DNA of 64,000 bases from Candidatus Xenobia bacterium (lineage in GTDB: Bacteria > Vulcanimicrobiota > Xenobia > Xenobiales > QWHO01). The stretch covers positions 128,001-192,000 of the forward strand of contig BTUM01000002.1 in the NCBI GenBank assembly GCA_045863235.1, given 5' to 3'. The notes under the pieces were generated by a model, which worked only from the letters and a program-made list of their open reading frames with translations, was not told where the DNA came from and searched no databases. This document shows positions 17,190 through 27,111 of the stretch, piece after piece (the first letter of the stretch is position 1; each line of letters begins with the position of its first letter). Made by a program: the position numbers and the translations under genes.

Positions 17190-18779
17190 ATGGTCCGCGT
17201 CAACAATCCCCAGGGGAAGTCGATCCTGCCCGATGGAGCCGTCGTGCGGGGCTACACCCTGACCTACAAGGCGATGGGGGGCATGAGCGCCGTCTACCAC
17301 GGGCGTAAGGACGACAAGAGCTACATTCTCAAGGAAGCCCCCGCCAGCGAGCCGGCCCAGGTCCTGGCCCTGACCCAGGAGAAAGGCTTGCTCGAGCGCC
17401 TCCAGCATCCCGGCATCGTTCGCTTCGTCAACCTCTTCGAAGAAGCCGGGTATTACTACATGGTGCAGGAGCTCATCGACGGGATCACCCTGGAAGAGGT
17501 CAAGCAGTCGCGTCTTCCGAGCGAGGCCGAGGTGCGTGACTGGGGCCTGCAGTTGTGCGACGTGCTGGAATACCTCCACCAGCAGTCTCCGCCCATCGTC
17601 TACCGCGACCTCAAGCCGGCCAACGTGATGCTCAGCGGCGACCGGATCCGCATGATCGACTTCGGCATCGCCCGACTGCATAAGGGCGACCGCAGCGAGG
17701 ACACCGAGGCCCTGGGCAGCTTCTTCACCGCCTCCCCCGAGCACTTCGGAGCGGCTGAGACGGACGCCCGCTCGGACGTGTTCTCGCTGGGAGCCACTCT
17801 GCATGACCTCCTGGCGGGCCCCGACTATCGCATGGAGATGCCGTTCCAGTTTCCCCCCATCCGCAAGCTCAACCCGGCCGTCTCCAATGAACTGGAGGCT
17901 GTACTGCTCAAGGCCACAGCCTTCGAACCGGCTGACCGCTACCAGAGCATGGCCGAGATGCGGGCAGCACTGGGAGGCCGAAAAGCAGTGCCGGCTCCTC
18001 CCCCGCCGGCTCCGGTCGCCACCCGCCCGTCCTCTCGTGGCAAGATTGCCGCTGCTCTCTTGCTGGTGGTGGTCAGCTTCGTGGCCGCGCTGGCCTGGAC
18101 ACGCTCGGGCGACTCGCATGGACACGCCCACGACACCGGACTTCGAGGCGACGTCTTCGGTGTGCGTGCGGAAAACGATTCGGCCGTGGTCACTCTGGGC
18201 GAGGACATCGGCCTGTTCCGAGTCCAGGCCGCCTTCGGACAGAAGGCCCCTGAGCGCGCCGAAGCTCTGGCCCAGCGGTTGAACAAGCTCTATCACGAGC
18301 AGTGCCCCACCTGCGGGGTCTTCAAGCTCGAGCCCGATGGCTTTCGCATCGCTCGCTACGTGGACAAGAAGGTCGGCCTGGATGAGACGGTGCTCTTTTA
18401 CAGCCACCGCGACGGCGACCAGTACCGCTCGCCCCTGCTGTTGGCCGTGCTGAGCAAGCAAGAGGCCCAACGCCTGGGGACAACACCTCGTTACGCGGCC
18501 GGCTACTGGCGCAACCTGACCCGCGACCTGGTGGAGCTGTCGCGCGGGCGAGCCACCCGGAGCTCGCCCCTGGGCGAGCAGCTGCAGCAAGAGCTGCTCA
18601 CTGCTCGCAAGAAGATGCAAGAGGACGCCACCATCGAGAACCTGAACCGGCTACTCGAGGAGATCGACAGCCAGAAGGCTTTGCAGCTGCGCGAGATGTT
18701 CGAGAAGATTCCCAAGGGCTTCAAGTGCGACATCGATCGCTTCGAGCCCACCGGCAACTACAAGCCGCTCAAGGGCTGA
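17190..18779 (+). CDS. transmembrane Hanks-type Ser/Thr protein kinase
   Basis: GGMSAVY, YRDLKPAN, DFGIAR, SPE, SDVFSLG, then a TM helix and a C-terminal domain with CPTC. Confidence 0.9.
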   Translation: MVRVNNPQGKSILPDGAVVRGYTLTYKAMGGMSAVYHGRKDDKSYILKEAPASEPAQVLALTQEKGLLERLQHPGIVRFVNLFEEAGYYYMVQELIDGITLEEVKQSRLPSEAEVRDWGLQLCDVLEYLHQQSPPIVYRDLKPANVMLSGDRIRMIDFGIARLHKGDRSEDTEALGSFFTASPEHFGAAETDARSDVFSLGATLHDLLAGPDYRMEMPFQFPPIRKLNPAVSNELEAVLLKATAFEPADRYQSMAEMRAALGGRKAVPAPPPPAPVATRPSSRGKIAAALLLVVVSFVAALAWTRSGDSHGHAHDTGLRGDVFGVRAENDSAVVTLGEDIGLFRVQAAFGQKAPERAEALAQRLNKLYHEQCPTCGVFKLEPDGFRIARYVDKKVGLDETVLFYSHRDGDQYRSPLLLAVLSKQEAQRLGTTPRYAAGYWRNLTRDLVELSRGRATRSSPLGEQLQQELLTARKKMQEDATIENLNRLLEEIDSQKALQLREMFEKIPKGFKCDIDRFEPTGNYKPLKG

Positions 18780-20121
18780 AGCGAAGCTCGCGCTCCCTGA
18801 GCTGGAGGGTCCACACCAGCTGTCCCCGCGAATCCTTGCAATCGAGGGTCAACAAGCGATGCCCGCTGGGGCCGCTGACCCGGGCCAGGCCATAGTTGCG
18901 CCGGTCGCTGAACCAGCTGCCGCTCACCCGCGCGGGATTGTCCTTCTCCTCGGGAGTCATCGGGTGCAGCGACGAGGTGAGCGGGCTGGAGGTAAATTCG
19001 TAGAGGGGATAGCCCCCCTTCGGATGCAGGCGGATCAACTCGGCGCAATGCCGGTCGCCGCTCAGGAAGACCACTCCCTCGATTCGCTCGTGCTCGATGA
19101 AGTCGAGCAACTCCTGACGCTCGCGCGGATAGACAGCCCAGGCCTCGTAGGGGGCCACCGGGTTGAGCATCTGGCAGCCTCCCACCACCATTTTGAAGGG
19201 GGCTTGCGAGCTCAAGAGCTGCTGCTTGAGCCAGGCCATCTGGGCGGGTCCGTACATGGCCTCCCTGGTTCGATAGTAGCGATCGTCGAGCATGAAGAAA
19301 TCAACGTCGGCCCAGCTGAACCGGTAGAACGCGCCGGGGATCCGATCCTGCCCGTAGGTTCCGCCCGGCCAGACCTGGTGGAAGACCTCCAGGGCCTCGT
19401 CCTTATGGGGGAAGCTCGAGTCGGCGTTGTTGGGGCCGAAGTCGTGATCGTCCCAGATGGCGTAGTTCTGGGCGCCGGCAAAGAGAGGCCAGAGGTTGGG
19501 CAGGCGCAGGCGGTCCTGGCGAGTCCGTTCCCGCATCGCCTCGGCCGAGTCCCAGTCGCCGGGGCGGTAGTAGACGTTGTCGCCCAGCCAGAGCATCAGG
19601 TCGGGCGCATCCCTGGAGATCTGATCGAAGATCTCGTACTCGCCGCCGTTCTCGCCTTTGGGGATGGCGGGATCGTTGACGTAGACGCAGGAGCCGAAGG
19701 CGAAAGTGAAATCGCGCGGCTCGGAGGGCACAGTCTGGAAACTTACCGGGACGGGGTTTCCCTGGAACCAGAGGGTCCCGCAGTAACGAGCTCCCGACTC
19801 CAGGCCGGTAAGGTACAGGCGCTCGATCAGGTGGCTGTCGGCCCTGGTTCGACCGATGGCTCGAGCAACACGATCTCTGCGGGGATGCTGGTGATAGAGC
19901 AACTCGACCGGACCAGGGCGGTCGGTCTGCACCCACAACACCACCGAATCCGTCGTGGCCGGACCGACGATGACCAACGGCGGCTCCTCGGCCCCGGCCA
20001 GGCGCACGCCCAGGCCGAGCACCAGCAACAAGCCGGCTACCATCAAAAGGCGAGGCCATGGTTGGACTCCGCCCAGACAGGGCCAGCCGCTGCTCCTTAC
20101 TTGCCGACTTGTTTGGCCCAT
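18769..20121 (-). CDS. phoD: alkaline phosphatase D family protein (true start may be near 20043)
   Basis: [37 protein letters not shown]. Confidence 0.9.
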   Translation of the reverse strand: MGQTSRQVRSSGWPCLGGVQPWPRLLMVAGLLLVLGLGVRLAGAEEPPLVIVGPATTDSVVLWVQTDRPGPVELLYHQHPRRDRVARAIGRTRADSHLIERLYLTGLESGARYCGTLWFQGNPVPVSFQTVPSEPRDFTFAFGSCVYVNDPAIPKGENGGEYEIFDQISRDAPDLMLWLGDNVYYRPGDWDSAEAMRERTRQDRLRLPNLWPLFAGAQNYAIWDDHDFGPNNADSSFPHKDEALEVFHQVWPGGTYGQDRIPGAFYRFSWADVDFFMLDDRYYRTREAMYGPAQMAWLKQQLLSSQAPFKMVVGGCQMLNPVAPYEAWAVYPRERQELLDFIEHERIEGVVFLSGDRHCAELIRLHPKGGYPLYEFTSSPLTSSLHPMTPEEKDNPARVSGSWFSDRRNYGLARVSGPSGHRLLTLDCKDSRGQLVWTLQLRERELRFSP

Positions 20122-21803
20122 CCCGAGCGCAGGGGAGCGATGCGGTTGAAGACCTGCTTGCCGGCAGTGCTGTCGGAATCCACCATGAAGTAACCCTGGC
20201 GCTCGAACTGGAAACGCTCTCCCACGGCGGCTTTGCCCAGACCCGGCTCCACCACGCCCTGCAGCACGGTGAGCGAGTCCGGGTTGATCAGCTCTCGGTA
20301 GTCACGTTTCTCGGCGTCGGGTCTCTCCACGCTGAAAAGCGGCTCGTAGAGCCGAATCTCGGCCTGGACCCCGTGACGGGCGCTGACCCAGTGCAAGGTG
20401 CCCTGCACCTTGCGCCCGTCGGGCGTGTTGCCGCCGCGGGTCTCGGGATCGTAGGTGCAGTGAACCTCCACCACCCGGCCCTCGGCGTCCTGCACCACGC
20501 TTTCGCACTTGACGATGTACGCGCGGCGCAGGCGCACCTCGCCTCCCGGCTTGAGCCGGAAGAACTTCTTGGGCGGATCGAGCATGAAGTCGTCCTGCTC
20601 GATGTAGATCTCACGCCCGAAGGGCACCTTGCGGCTGGCCGGGTCGGGCGCGCCCAGCCCGCGCTCGGTGCGCAGCTCCAGGGCGTCGTCGGGGAAGCAG
20701 GGCACCTCCACCTCCTCCACCTGGTCTTCGGGCCAGTTGGTGATCACCAGCTTGAGCGGGCGCATCACCGCCATCATACGGGGGGCTTTGGGGTTGAGGT
20801 CGTTGCGCAGGGCGTCCTCGAGGATGCTGGGGTCGATCCAGGCGTCGGCCTTGCCCACTCCCACCGTCTCGATGAAGTCGCGGATCGACTCGGGGGTGTA
20901 GCCCTTACGCCGGAAGCCTGCCAGGGTGGGCATGCGGGGATCGTCCCAGCCGCGCACCGTCCTGGTGGTCACCAGCTCGAGCAGTTTGCGCTTGCTCATC
21001 ACCGTATAGGTGAGATTGAGACGAGCGAACTCGATCTGCTGGGGATGACAGGGCACGGGCACGTTGTCCAGCACCCAGTCGTAGAGCGGACGATGGTTCT
21101 CGAACTCGAGCGAGCAGAGCGAGTGGGTCACCCCTTCCAGGGCGTCGTTGATCGGATGAGAGTAATCGTACATGGGGTAGATGCACCAGTCGTCCCCGGT
21201 GCGATGGTGATGCACCCGCCGGATGCGATACAGCGTCGGGTCGCGCATATTCATGTTGGGCGAGGCCATGTCGATCTTGGCCCGCAGCACCCGTGCCCCA
21301 TCGGGAAACTCGCCGGCTCGCATGCGGCGGAACAGGTCCAGGTTCTCCTCCACGCCGCGGTCGCGATAAGGGCTGTTCTTGCCAGGCTCGGTGAGCGTGC
21401 CGCGGTGCTCGCGAATCTCCTCGGCGGTCAGGTCCTCGACGTAGGCTTTGCCGGTCTTGATCAGGTGCTCGGCCATCTCGTAGAAGCGCTCGAAATAGTC
21501 CGAGCAGAAATAGAGATGATCGCCCCATTCGAACCCCAGCCAGCGAATGTCGTTCTGGATGGAGTTGACGAACTCGGTCTCCTCCTTGGCCGGGTTGGTA
21601 TCGTCGAAGCGCATGTTGCAGCGTCCACCGAACTCCTTCGCCAGGCCGAAGTTGATGCAGATCGCCTTGGCGTGCCCGATGTGGAGATAGCCGTTGGGCT
21701 CGGGAGGAAAGCGCGTGATGACGGTCTTGTGCTTGCCGCTGCGCAGGTCTTCCTCGATGATGCTCTTGATGAAGTTGGTGGGAGTGGGGGGCTCGACGGT
21801 CAT
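20097..21803 (-). CDS. glnS: glutaminyl-tRNA synthetase
   Basis: [37 protein letters not shown]. Confidence 0.98.
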   Translation of the reverse strand: MTVEPPTPTNFIKSIIEEDLRSGKHKTVITRFPPEPNGYLHIGHAKAICINFGLAKEFGGRCNMRFDDTNPAKEETEFVNSIQNDIRWLGFEWGDHLYFCSDYFERFYEMAEHLIKTGKAYVEDLTAEEIREHRGTLTEPGKNSPYRDRGVEENLDLFRRMRAGEFPDGARVLRAKIDMASPNMNMRDPTLYRIRRVHHHRTGDDWCIYPMYDYSHPINDALEGVTHSLCSLEFENHRPLYDWVLDNVPVPCHPQQIEFARLNLTYTVMSKRKLLELVTTRTVRGWDDPRMPTLAGFRRKGYTPESIRDFIETVGVGKADAWIDPSILEDALRNDLNPKAPRMMAVMRPLKLVITNWPEDQVEEVEVPCFPDDALELRTERGLGAPDPASRKVPFGREIYIEQDDFMLDPPKKFFRLKPGGEVRLRRAYIVKCESVVQDAEGRVVEVHCTYDPETRGGNTPDGRKVQGTLHWVSARHGVQAEIRLYEPLFSVERPDAEKRDYRELINPDSLTVLQGVVEPGLGKAAVGERFQFERQGYFMVDSDSTAGKQVFNRIAPLRSGWAKQVGK

Positions 21804-21850
21804 AGCGCTGGAAATTCAAGCCGTGGGCCATTCCCCCTGCTCGAATCAAG

Positions 21851-22058
21851 CTCACCGACTCAACGAGGTAACAGCGGCCGAGCCCGCCCGAGTAGCGAAC
21901 ACACGTTCGTTTCCGCCGGAAACGAAAACCTTCCGAACACAGGTCCGAAAGGCCGGTCAAATCGATCTGTGAAGGCTTTCACGGAGGCGAAACTCCTGCC
22001 GAACGCTCGCGCTCTGGCTGCAGCACGACAACCAGCGGCTCGGGTGGACAGTCGTGAG
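21851..22058. ncRNA. candidate structured non-coding RNA, family not recognised
   Basis: Closing stem CTCAC-CGACT/AGTCG-TGAG, inner stem CCGCCCGAG/CTCGGGTGG and several internal hairpins in a 260-bp intergenic gap. Confidence 0.35.
21896..21947. promoter_or_regulatory. two LexA (Cheo/SOS-box)-like palindromes
   Basis: CGAAC-ACAC-GTTCG at 21896-21909 (perfect CGAACRNRYGTTCG) and CGAAC-ACAG-GTCCG at 21934-21947. Confidence 0.55.
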
Positions 22059-22066
22059 GCCGTGGT

Positions 22067-22897
22067 TCAGGCCCGCACCACCGGGTTGCGCAGCCGACCG
22101 ATGCCCTCGATCTCGCACTCGATCACGTCTCCGTCTTGCAAGAACACCGGGGGCTTGCGGAAGACGCCTACCCCGCCCGGGGTGCCGGTGGCCAGCACGT
22201 CCCCGGGCTCGAGGTCCTGGGCGAAAGAGAGCAGCTCGATCAGCTTCTCCACCGAAAAAATCAGCTCGCTGGTGCGCGATTCTTGCTGCAGCTGGCCGTT
22301 GCGCCACAAGCGCAAGGGGGCGTCGCGATGGTCGAACTCGTCGGGCGTGACCACCACCGGGCCCATGGGGCCGAAGGTGCGAAACGATTTGGCCCGGTAG
22401 AACTGCTTGTCCTCGCGCTGCGCCTGGCGGTCGGAGACGTCATTGACGATGGTGAAGCCGAGCACATGCTCGAGGGCGTTCTCGGCCGTGAGGCTGCCAC
22501 CCGGCAGGGCAAAGACAACGCCGAGCTCGACCTCCACGTCGATCTCCATGCGGCCGCGAGGCAGCTCGATGCGGTCGCCCTGGCCCACCACCGAGTTGCG
22601 CGCCTTGGCAAAGAACATCGGAAAATCGGGTGGCTGCTTGTTCTGCTCCAGGGCGTGGTCGCGATAGTTCAGCCCCACGGCCACGAACTTGGGCGGACGG
22701 GGGACGGGGGCCAGCAATCGCACCGACGAGAGCGTCCGGCGCGAGCCCTCCAGCGTGGCGATGCGGGCCGGAGGCATCGCCGCGACCAGCTCGCGCAGAT
22801 CGGCGAAGCGTCCGTCCTGGGAGAGATCCACCACCTCGTCGCCTTCCAGGCGGCCCGGGGCCGAGCGACCCTGGCTGTGAAACGTGACCAGCCTCAT
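22067..22897 (-). CDS. fumarylacetoacetate hydrolase family protein
   Basis: VGLNYRDH, DVEVELGV, NDVSDR, KSFRTFGPMGP, TGTPGGVG. Confidence 0.93.
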   Translation of the reverse strand: MRLVTFHSQGRSAPGRLEGDEVVDLSQDGRFADLRELVAAMPPARIATLEGSRRTLSSVRLLAPVPRPPKFVAVGLNYRDHALEQNKQPPDFPMFFAKARNSVVGQGDRIELPRGRMEIDVEVELGVVFALPGGSLTAENALEHVLGFTIVNDVSDRQAQREDKQFYRAKSFRTFGPMGPVVVTPDEFDHRDAPLRLWRNGQLQQESRTSELIFSVEKLIELLSFAQDLEPGDVLATGTPGGVGVFRKPPVFLQDGDVIECEIEGIGRLRNPVVRA

Positions 22898-24381
22898 CGG
22901 GCCGCCAGGCGCCACAGCGCCGCCTCTTCCTGGCTGCGGGCCACCAGCTCGGCCCGGCGGTCGCCGCCCTGGCGGTGCAAGCTCAGAGCCGCGGCCAGAG
23001 CGGCCAGCTCGCGCTCTTCGTCGCTGAAGGTGGGCTTGAGGTCGCCCATGTGCTCGGCCAGGAAGTGGGTGGAGAGGTTGCCGCGGCGGAACTCGGGGTG
23101 CTCGAGCAAGGCCCGGTGGAAGGGGATCGAGGTGCTCACGCCGGCTACCACCATCTCATCCAGGGCTGCCAGCATGCGCCGGCAGGCCTGCTCGCGGTCC
23201 GAGCCCCAGACGATCAGCTTGGCCAGCAGCGAGTCGAAGTCGCGTGGCACCACGTAGCCGGGATAGAGATGGGAATCCACCCGCACCCCCGGTCCGGCGG
23301 GCAGGTGGACGGCCTGAATCGGCCCGGGATCGGGCCGAAAACCATGGTAGGGGTCTTCGCAGGTGATGCGGCACTCGATGGACCAGCCGTGCAGCCGGAG
23401 CTCTTCCTGCTTGAGCGAGAGGGGCTCGCCGGCGGCGATGCGCAGCTGCTCCTGCACCAGGTCCACCCCGGTGACCAGTTCGGTCACCGGATGCTCGACC
23501 TGCAGGCGCGTGTTGACCTCCAGGAAGTAGAAGCTCCGGTCCTTGTCCACCAGGAATTCGAACGTGCAGGCACCCGCATAGCCAGCCTTGAGCGCTCCGC
23601 GCACGGCCGCTTCGCCCATGGTGCACCGCAGATCCTCATCCAGGAAGGGTGAGGGGGCTTCCTCGAGCATCTTCTGGAAGCGACGCTGGATCGAGCACTC
23701 GCGCTCGAACAGGTGAACCGCGTGCCCGTGCTGGTCGGCCAGCACCTGCACCTCGATGTGACGAGGCTGCTCGAGGTAACGCTCGAGAAAGAGCCGCGAC
23801 GAGCCGAAGGCGGCCTGCGACTCGCTGGCCGCCTGGGCAAAGCTGCGCTCGAGCTCGGGGCGGTCGGCGCACTTTCGCATGCCGCGTCCCCCTCCCCCAC
23901 CCGCCGCTTTGATCAGCACCGGGTAGCCGATGCGCTCGGCCTCGCGCAGGGCCTCCTGAACATCGGCCACCGGCTCCACCGTGCCCGGCACGACCGGCAG
24001 GCCGGCCTGGGACATCAGTTTTCGGGCCTCGGTCTTGTCGCCCAGGGCGGTGATGGCTTCCGGACCCGGTCCCACGAAGACCAGCCCGGCCTCGGCGCAG
24101 GCCCGGCTGAAGGCGGCGTTCTCAGACAGGAAGCCGTAGCCCGGGTGCACCGCCTCAGCGCCGGCCGACAGTCCGGCCTCCACGATGCGGGGGATGTCCA
24201 GGTAGGCCTGGCGACCGGCCAGGCCCCGCAGCACCAGGACCTGGTCGGCCATGCGGGCGGGCAGCGAGTCGCGGTCGACCTCGGCGCAGATCAGGGCCGT
24301 CTCCACCCCCAGCTCGCGACAGGCGCGCAGAATGCGGACGGCGATCTCGCCCCGGTTGGCCACCAGCACACGCTTGAACAT
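22894..24381 (-). CDS. accC: biotin carboxylase (acetyl/propionyl-CoA carboxylase subunit)
   Basis: MFKRVLVANRGEIA, HPGYGFLSEN, GGGGRGM, RECSIQRR, EVNTRLQVEHPVTE. Confidence 0.95.
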   Translation of the reverse strand: MFKRVLVANRGEIAVRILRACRELGVETALICAEVDRDSLPARMADQVLVLRGLAGRQAYLDIPRIVEAGLSAGAEAVHPGYGFLSENAAFSRACAEAGLVFVGPGPEAITALGDKTEARKLMSQAGLPVVPGTVEPVADVQEALREAERIGYPVLIKAAGGGGGRGMRKCADRPELERSFAQAASESQAAFGSSRLFLERYLEQPRHIEVQVLADQHGHAVHLFERECSIQRRFQKMLEEAPSPFLDEDLRCTMGEAAVRGALKAGYAGACTFEFLVDKDRSFYFLEVNTRLQVEHPVTELVTGVDLVQEQLRIAAGEPLSLKQEELRLHGWSIECRITCEDPYHGFRPDPGPIQAVHLPAGPGVRVDSHLYPGYVVPRDFDSLLAKLIVWGSDREQACRRMLAALDEMVVAGVSTSIPFHRALLEHPEFRRGNLSTHFLAEHMGDLKPTFSDEERELAALAAALSLHRQGGDRRAELVARSQEEAALWRLAAR

Positions 24382-24416
24382 AAGCCGCGCTGTTTTGCGT
24401 CGAAGCGGGCTTTCCT

Positions 24417-25295
24417 TCAGGCCTGGCGGCGATTCACCCAGTGACCCAGGCGAGACATTGCTTTGGAGACCCAGGTGCGGGTCTGACCGGCCAGCGAGAG
24501 CAAGCGTTCTTGCACCTCGCGGGCGGTGGCCGGGCGGTCGGTCGGCTCGACGGCCAGCAGGCGATCGAGCAGGTCGCCCATGCCGGGCGAGATGTCCGGA
24601 TTGACGCTGCGAGCGGGGCGATGCTCGAAGTCGAAGGGCTTGGGCTCGACCCGGGTGAGAAGCTGGTAGAGGGTCGCTCCCAGCGCGTAGAGATCGGACT
24701 GAGGCACAGCCCGGCCCATGTACTGCTCGGGAGGAGCGTAGCCGGGAGTGCCATAGGCGGTGGTGTCGCCCGCCTTGCCCGTGCTCATGGCCCGGGCGAT
24801 GCCAAAGTCCACCAGCTTGATGGCCCCTCCGCGCACCATTACCATCACGTTGGCGGGCTTGAGGTCGCGGTAGATCACGGGAGGGTCGAGGCTGTGCAAG
24901 TAATCGAGCACCTCGCACACCTGGGCTCCCCAGCCGGCTACCTCGTTCTCCTGAAGCGACTTCTGAGTGCGGTAGATGTGCTCCAGAGTGGGTCCCTCGA
25001 CCCGCTCCATCACCAGGTATTCGCGCTCGTCGAGGTGGAAGCGATCCACCACCCGAGGAAGGTAGGGATGGCTGAGGCGCACCAGGATGGCGGCCTCGCG
25101 GTCGAACAGCTTGCGGGCCTCGTCGCGCTCGTCCAGCGGCACGGTGGAAAAGTCAAGCTCCTTGAGGGCCCAGGTGCTGCCTTTCTGACGGGTGTCGCGC
25201 ACGAACCAGACAGTGCCGGCCGCCCCCTCTCCAAGCAGGCGCTCGACCTGGTATCGACCTGCCAGCAGGCTCCCGGGACCGGTCTTGGCGGCCAC
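24417..25295 (-). CDS. stand-alone Hanks-type Ser/Thr kinase
   Basis: LGEGAAGTV, ALKE, YRDLKPAN, DFGIAR, GTPGYAPPE. Confidence 0.93.
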   Translation of the reverse strand: MAAKTGPGSLLAGRYQVERLLGEGAAGTVWFVRDTRQKGSTWALKELDFSTVPLDERDEARKLFDREAAILVRLSHPYLPRVVDRFHLDEREYLVMERVEGPTLEHIYRTQKSLQENEVAGWGAQVCEVLDYLHSLDPPVIYRDLKPANVMVMVRGGAIKLVDFGIARAMSTGKAGDTTAYGTPGYAPPEQYMGRAVPQSDLYALGATLYQLLTRVEPKPFDFEHRPARSVNPDISPGMGDLLDRLLAVEPTDRPATAREVQERLLSLAGQTRTWVSKAMSRLGHWVNRRQA

Positions 25296-25298
25296 GGC

Positions 25299-26138
25299 TT
25301 AGATGAGGTGCGTCCGCTCCAGCGCGCGGATAGCTTTGCGGCGGCAAGAGGAGGCGATCCAGAAGTACAGGGGCAGGGCCAGCAACGCCCACCAGCGCAC
25401 CAGCATGTAGGAGAACGGATCAGGTTGATACAGGTCCGACTTCCCCCAGAAGGCCAGGCTCAGAGCCACGTAAGGGTGGACGATCCAGAGCGGGAAGGCC
25501 CAGAAGCCCGCGAAGACCATCAGGAAGGGAGCGATCAGGATGAAGAAGAGGGCCTGGATGGTGGCCTTCTGGGTGGCCTGCTGGGTGCTGGTGCTGCCGG
25601 CCGAGATCCACACGCCGACATAGCCGAAGATGACCGCCATCAAGACCGAGACGGCCCAGAGCATCAGGATGGAGAAGAGGTCGGCCCCGGCGAACCAGCC
25701 GATCAGGCCGGCCAATGGCATCAGCACGGTGATCTCGCGGACCACCGGGCGGATCCCCGCGGCCACGATGCCGTCGGCGTAGTCGGCCGAGTTGACCTGG
25801 GTGAGGGCCAGCGAGAGCAAGGTGCCGCGCTGGCGCTCGTTGACCACGCTGGCGGCGGTCTGCACCACTGCCTTCAGGGCCACGTAGAGCACCTGGGCAA
25901 AGGCCAGCAGCACCACGATGAACTCCACCATGCTGGCCGGCCTGCCCAGGCCGAAGTTGCGCACGGCGCTGACGCCGAGGAGCAGCGGAATGACCAGGAG
26001 GGCGCTGTAGAGGCCGTAGCCGGTCCAGAAGCGCTTCCAGATGGTCTGACGGCTTTCGGACTGGCGCTGGCAAACCACGAATGGGTTCTCGCGCAGGCCC
26101 AGGGTCCAGCTGACAAGGCGGCGGAATCGTTTCAGCAT
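25299..26138 (-). CDS. ABC-2-type permease-like membrane protein
   Basis: ENPF N-terminal motif, ERQRGTLLSLALT, about 6 TM helices. Confidence 0.75.
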   Translation of the reverse strand: MLKRFRRLVSWTLGLRENPFVVCQRQSESRQTIWKRFWTGYGLYSALLVIPLLLGVSAVRNFGLGRPASMVEFIVVLLAFAQVLYVALKAVVQTAASVVNERQRGTLLSLALTQVNSADYADGIVAAGIRPVVREITVLMPLAGLIGWFAGADLFSILMLWAVSVLMAVIFGYVGVWISAGSTSTQQATQKATIQALFFILIAPFLMVFAGFWAFPLWIVHPYVALSLAFWGKSDLYQPDPFSYMLVRWWALLALPLYFWIASSCRRKAIRALERTHLI

Positions 26139-26147
26139 CGCGTCCTC

Positions 26148-26978
26148 CTAGGCGACCCGGGCCTCTTCGGCTTTGCGCCGAATCGACCACCACAAGATGG
26201 AGCAGAGCACAGCGTAGAGCAGGAAGGTCCAGGCCCAGGCCCACTGCCAGGCGGCTATCGGCCCGACGTCGGACAGGCTCAGCACCGACCAGGCAGCCAC
26301 CATCGGGCTGCTGACCGTGGCCACGGGAACGTAATAGGACCCGCCCGGCCCGATCAGGCCGTAGAGCAAGAAGTCCACCATCGGACCCATCAAGACGAAG
26401 CCCAGGGCCAGGAACATCGCCTTACGGCTGGCCTGCTGGCTGGAGACCGAGGTGTAGGAAGCCCAGGTGCCCAGCAGCCCGAACAGACTGACGCAGGTGA
26501 CCGCCAGGCAGACGAAGAGCACGGACTGCAGGGCGTGGCCCGAGAGGATGCCCAGTCCAACCGCGATCGGAGCGGCCGCCATCAACTCACGGGTGATGGG
26601 CCAGAGGTGAGCGGCCAGTTTGCCTGCCAGGACTTCCTCCGAGCGCAGGCGCGTGGCCAGCAGGCACTCGTAGGTCTTCTGCTCTTTCTCGAGCGAGATA
26701 GCCCCCGCCGTGGCGCTGACCGCGCGCATGGTCACGTAGAGGATACCCAGAAAGGCGGTGAAGCCGACCACCGAGCCGAGCCAGGTATGGACCCACTTCT
26801 CCGGGTTTACCAGAAGCTCGCCGGCGGTGAAGAACATCGTCACCGCCAGGGGGCCGAGCACGAGCGCCATGCCTCCCCCGAAGCGGGTCACGAAAGCCTG
26901 AAGTCCCTTGCCCTGGCGTCGTGCCTCTACCTGGCGCGCCCTCACGAAGATCGGATTTTCCCACAGTTGTGTGAGCAT
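26148..26978 (-). CDS. ABC-2-type permease-like membrane protein
   Basis: ENPIF, ISLEKEQKTYECLLAT...VLAGKL, about 6 TM helices; SD GAGGAGG. Confidence 0.8.
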   Translation of the reverse strand: MLTQLWENPIFVRARQVEARRQGKGLQAFVTRFGGGMALVLGPLAVTMFFTAGELLVNPEKWVHTWLGSVVGFTAFLGILYVTMRAVSATAGAISLEKEQKTYECLLATRLRSEEVLAGKLAAHLWPITRELMAAAPIAVGLGILSGHALQSVLFVCLAVTCVSLFGLLGTWASYTSVSSQQASRKAMFLALGFVLMGPMVDFLLYGLIGPGGSYYVPVATVSSPMVAAWSVLSLSDVGPIAAWQWAWAWTFLLYAVLCSILWWSIRRKAEEARVA

Positions 26979-27111
26979 TTCCGGGCCTCCTCACCGAGAT
27001 CAGGACCCCCTGTGCAATCCATGTCGCAAAGCGACCGGGGAGATCTTCCCCGCCCCCCTGGCCGAATCCTCGCATCCAGGAAGTTTCTGCTCAGAGGAAA
27101 ATAGGGCATCC

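Noticed and set aside
21804..22066. T-box leader for glnS, or SRP RNA (CAGGTCCGAAAGG)
   Set aside because: No T-box GGTGGNACC antiterminator on the glnS strand, and the SRP-like segment lacks the following AAGCAGC.
20058..27104. Very long plus-strand ORFs (780 aa, 887 aa) opposite glnS and the kinase/permease genes
   Set aside because: Typical stop-poor antisense frames in high-GC DNA, with no recognisable motifs.
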